From: Ramazzottius varieornatus
Taxonomy: Eukaryota; Animalia; Tardigrada
Direction: 5' to 3'
NCBI GenBank assembly: GCA_001949185.1
Contig: BDGG01000014.1
Location: forward strand, 465,378-529,377
DNA: 64,000 nucleotides
Shown here: positions 59,117 to 64,000 of the stretch, one piece after another
Layout of the letters: every line of letters begins with the position of its first letter
How positions within the stretch are numbered: position 1 is the first letter of the stretch
Notes under the pieces: generated by a model
What the model was told of the DNA's origin: nothing
Seen by the model: the letters and a program-made list of their open reading frames with translations, nothing else
The model's database searches: none
Made by a program: the position numbers and the translations under genes

Positions 59117-60133
59117 TCATGCTTTTAGAGAGGCGAAAGAGTGTTCCACTTCAGATATCAAATCAGTATAACTAAAACTACTCGGGTTCTTGTTGAAAGT
59201 ATCCACCAGTTTAATTTTTTCCTGGTCCGCCGTGCCATAGTACAGTTGCATCTGATTCAACAAGCACTGTACTTCTAAAGGATTGAGAATCTTGTGGTCG
59301 TATTCGCCCCGCATCAACACGATGCCTTTCTCTTTGTAGTCCTCAAAGTGAATGACGCTCAAACAGGGCGGTGAGTCTGCTTGCCGCATCTGAAAGCTGG
59401 CCAGCTGTGTGAAGAAACATTCCCTTCCCTGAAATCCCGTGACAAAGAACTCGTACCCACCGTCGCGTGGCAGAGGGTACAGGAAGATGGGGTACTGCGC
59501 AGCCCGTTGGACGATCGTCTCGTACATCTTGGTTGGAACGACCGCGGCGACAGAACCCTCTTTCCCCTTGTGATACGCTGTCCATATTTCCGCGACCTCC
59601 TCTATGGACTTCCCATCGAGCAGCTCAGTCTTCATCATATCTTTCAGCTGTCTTTGCTTGTTGTATACTGGCTTGGCGGAGGCATGGAATTTTTCCGAAG
59701 GAAGTTGTTCTTTCTGCGCAGGATTCTGCATGGATGCCTACTAACCAAAAAACGAATCAAGACAAAGCGTAAAATAATTTTGACCCGGTCCCCTAATCAG
59801 GTGGTCAACCGCCCATTGCACACGCAGTCACAAGCACGTGGTCACAGATAATTTCCGAATACGTCGTACCATATTTCGTTTTTTATTTTCTTCCAGCCTC
59901 CGCTGTAGTTCAGAAGGATCGTTCTGCTGAAGCTCCTTGACTTTGTTGGCGTACTTCCCGAAGTAAGGGTTCTTCACCAGTTCTTCCATCTTCTTCTTCG
60001 ACGCCTTCTGTGAAGTTGAAGTATCGGAGGAGGAGGAAGCGAACACGGCAGGGCTACGTCGGAGTGGAGTGACGAACCTGGCAGTTCTTGCGCTGCTGGA
60101 TAAAGTTATGAGCTTTCCAAGGGTAAGCGACAT
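59117..60133 (-). CDS. ATPAF1: ATP synthase mitochondrial F1 complex assembly factor 1 (Atp11)
   Basis: Exons 60133-59870 and 59737-59117. NPYFGKYANK, EIWTAYH, YPIFLYPLPRDGGYEFF, KGIVLMRGE, QCLLNQMQLYY. Confidence 0.93.
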
Positions 60134-60775
60134 CGGCGAGCCTTCGATGCTCTTGAAATGAACGGTTTCGGGTGTAAGAACCAACACTGGAAGACGAGAG
60201 ATGAAAAGAACTCCAAGAAGAACCAAAGCTGGGAGCGAACACACTGACACTGTAGAAAATTTAAGAAAATTTGATTGCGATCAGCAGCTACCTCGTCTAG
60301 ACCTGGCAATGGTGTGGTTTTACCACCGACAATCCGTCCCGGTTAATGAGCACGCGGCAGACCGGCCAATCAACGGTCAGCTGTCAATCAGTCGGACAGA
60401 TTTGCGCCATGAGTACAGTATCCTCATTTGTTTGTTCTTTTGTTGCTATCGCATTCGCTCGGCCTTCCCAGTGGTCAGGACCACTAGCTAGTAATGTTGA
60501 TCAGCTGATCGACTGATCGACTTCGGACATAGGGTAGCGCCGTCCTCGACGTGTCTTTCGCTCTTGGATTTTCCCCGCGAAAGTTCGTTGTGGAAGCTCT
60601 CATTCTGTTTCTCGTGCGCAGTTTTACGAAGGGAAGATGGAGGAACAGCTGTCAGTGTGATCCGCATGTCCGATCTTCCAGATTATCGAGTCGCTCTTCG
60701 AAGTTCGGACTGGAAGGCGAAGCCACGAATTACTCAAATACCCTCGACGCGCTGGTCTCTATCCTCCGGATTACT

Positions 60776-61975
<1,200 letters not shown>

Positions 61976-62036
61976 CGAGGTTTTTTTTCAGACGTTGTTT
62001 CTAGTTTTACTTCTGCCCCTCATCAAAACACTGTTT

Positions 62037-62116
62037 AGAAGAAATTTATCAATCTATTATTTATCAATTTACAGTTTACAAGAAATTTATCAATTTACAA
62101 TTCAAAAGAAATTTAT
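62037..62116 (+). repeat. Short AT-rich imperfect tandem repeat
   Basis: AAGAAATTTATC(AAT) recurs three times with ATTTATCAATTTACA sub-repeats just 3' of ALKBH6. Confidence 0.6.
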
Positions 62117-64000
62117 CTCAAGACTCCGGTCTTGAGCGAACTCCGTGGTTGCTGAAGTTCGCTTGTTGTGTTGCTTCAGTCCTCGAGCTTGTTTTAATTT
62201 GACCTCCAAGATCGTGAGCTTTTTCTTTCCCAACTCTTCATCCAGAAGATCCCACCACTACCTTCCTTCTTTTTAAGTATCTGCGACCGATCATCCGAAA
62301 GACCAAACTGAAGAAACGAAATTACCTGCTTAGTGTGCTCATAGTGATTCGCACTGCCGTGAAACTCGCCAGCGGGACCAGGCCGTCACCACAGCCGCCC
62401 CTGTTTCGCAATTCATGTTTTCGACCAGAATTGCATAAAATCATGTGATTTTATTCAATTCAAATTCTATGCTAAAGAAGTTTCGCACTCAGCGGCACAT
62501 GATCACAGCATAAGCCACCGGAAATGCGTTACCTTCGCGCGATTAGTCTCTCGTTCTCGAACACTCTTCTGAACCATAGATCTCCCACCAGCAATCACAC
62601 AATTGTGGCTCGACACCGCATACTCACCAGGCTCGCGGCTGTCGAAATGGCAGATAGTTCATTGGCGCATTCGTCACTTTCACACTTTCTCTGTAGTCCT
62701 TTGCGCTTGGTAGTTTATTTGACTGCTGAGCGAACCTTGACCAACAATCCGTCCTTTATGATTTACCGTCACAAGAGAAAACTAAGCATCCAAGAACACC
62801 TAGGTTTCTTCGGATCTCACAACGTAATGCGCCCCCGAAGCAGAAAAACTGGTCAGATTCAAAATTACTTCAGAAATTGTCAAACTGTTGTGGTCCGAAG
62901 TTCTTCCCTTTCCACTTCAAGCGAGAGCTAGCATCTTTGAGGCATGTTATCCGTCCAACGCTTTAGAACTGAGGCGAGTAAAGCGTCATATAGTTGGGCT
63001 TTTGGTACGGGTTCCGGTCGTAATTCACTTCGGCACCAGTTCTGGAACAGCCGCGCTCTCCTCCTTGGTTCTGTACACCGATCTAATCTTACTGAAACTC
63101 TAGTTGACGTTCCTGTCCTTTGTTCGATCATCGCTCGAAGAAGCCAGCTTCTCTGCAAGTGGAAGCATTGTTGTATACGAGAGTTTCACTGACACAGATC
63201 CGCAGTCAACAAACCGATTAAATGCGTCACTTCACATGGGTAAGACAAAGCAAGCTCACCTCGGCATTGCTTCATCGTGGCGATTCAAGCGTCGCAAACA
63301 TTCTTTCCGTGCCGATTCGGCGGAATTTCTTCAGCTTCTCGGCTTGACTCCTTCGCAGCAGAGACTGGTGCGTAGTCTGCTTCTTCGGGGAAATGTCAGA
63401 ACTGTTCCTTTCGCAAGAAGGCGACTCTTCTGGCGACAGCTTCAGCAGTTTATGGATCGGCTCTCTGTGAATCTGGTCGTCTTGCATAGATATAAATACC
63501 ATTTCAATAACTTAATGAAGATTAGATTTGATCAGTTTGCTGTGAACGTAAGTGCTGCTCCTCACAGCAGGACCACATTCCTACAAATCGAAACTTTGGC
63601 GAATGTCAGAAAGAAGGTGATGAGACTCACCGGTTGGCCGCAGTAAGCTGGACAGGTTGCGTAATCTATATGCCTTTGCTATCGTCTTGAAAGGGCAATA
63701 AAGGCTCCTCAATATCGAATTTGGCTGATCATAAAATGCTCGAACCGGGGATATATATTGCACGTATTCAGCACCTTAGTGCCAGAAATCGCCACAGTTT
63801 CATCTCGAGTTTTTCGTTCTCCTCAGAACTGGCAAATTTTCCGATATGGCATTTCGGGTCTTTGTTCTGGTGTGCCTCGCGTTCGCTACAGGCTGCGCTT
63901 ACCAGAATGTCAACAACGGAGCCTCTATCATCACCTTTCCGGGAGATGTCAGGTCAGGTGCTTTGGATAACAGAGAGTTTCAGAACCAGTTCAAACATGG

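Noticed and set aside
62100-64000. Possible multi-exon minus-strand gene or pseudogene (donor-like GTAAGC, GTGAGT and GTGAGC sites; peptide AEYVQYISPVRAFYDQPNS...)
   Set aside because: I could not assemble a stop-free model or recognise a domain. It needs the adjacent window and a homology search.

Overview
Eukaryotic (animal) genomic DNA with short GT-AG introns and one 50-N gap. The gene content and compactness suggest a tardigrade-like invertebrate (inference only). Left end (0.2-12.2 kb): TMEM86/YhhN lysoplasmalogenase; a tandem pair of secreted, intron-containing, bacterial-type PQQ-dependent sugar (glucose/sorbosone) dehydrogenase genes, which is the strongest novelty candidate and a probable domesticated horizontal transfer; ACOT9; and a lipocalin with a Pro/Ala tail. 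Middle (12.3-49.3 kb): a transposon-dense domain with five intronless atypical rhodopsin-class GPCRs (NRxW for DRY, DPxxF for NPxxY), a disrupted ANF-receptor-domain gene, CRE-type non-LTR and DIRS/Ngaro-type relics, a nested Tc1/mariner/foldback complex, and many MITEs. Right end (49.4-62 kb): three head-to-head housekeeping pairs, RRM2/NDUFA4, MRPS14/HM13 and ATPAF1/ALKBH6. Exon boundaries were read by eye from splice signals and remembered protein motifs; no searches were run.
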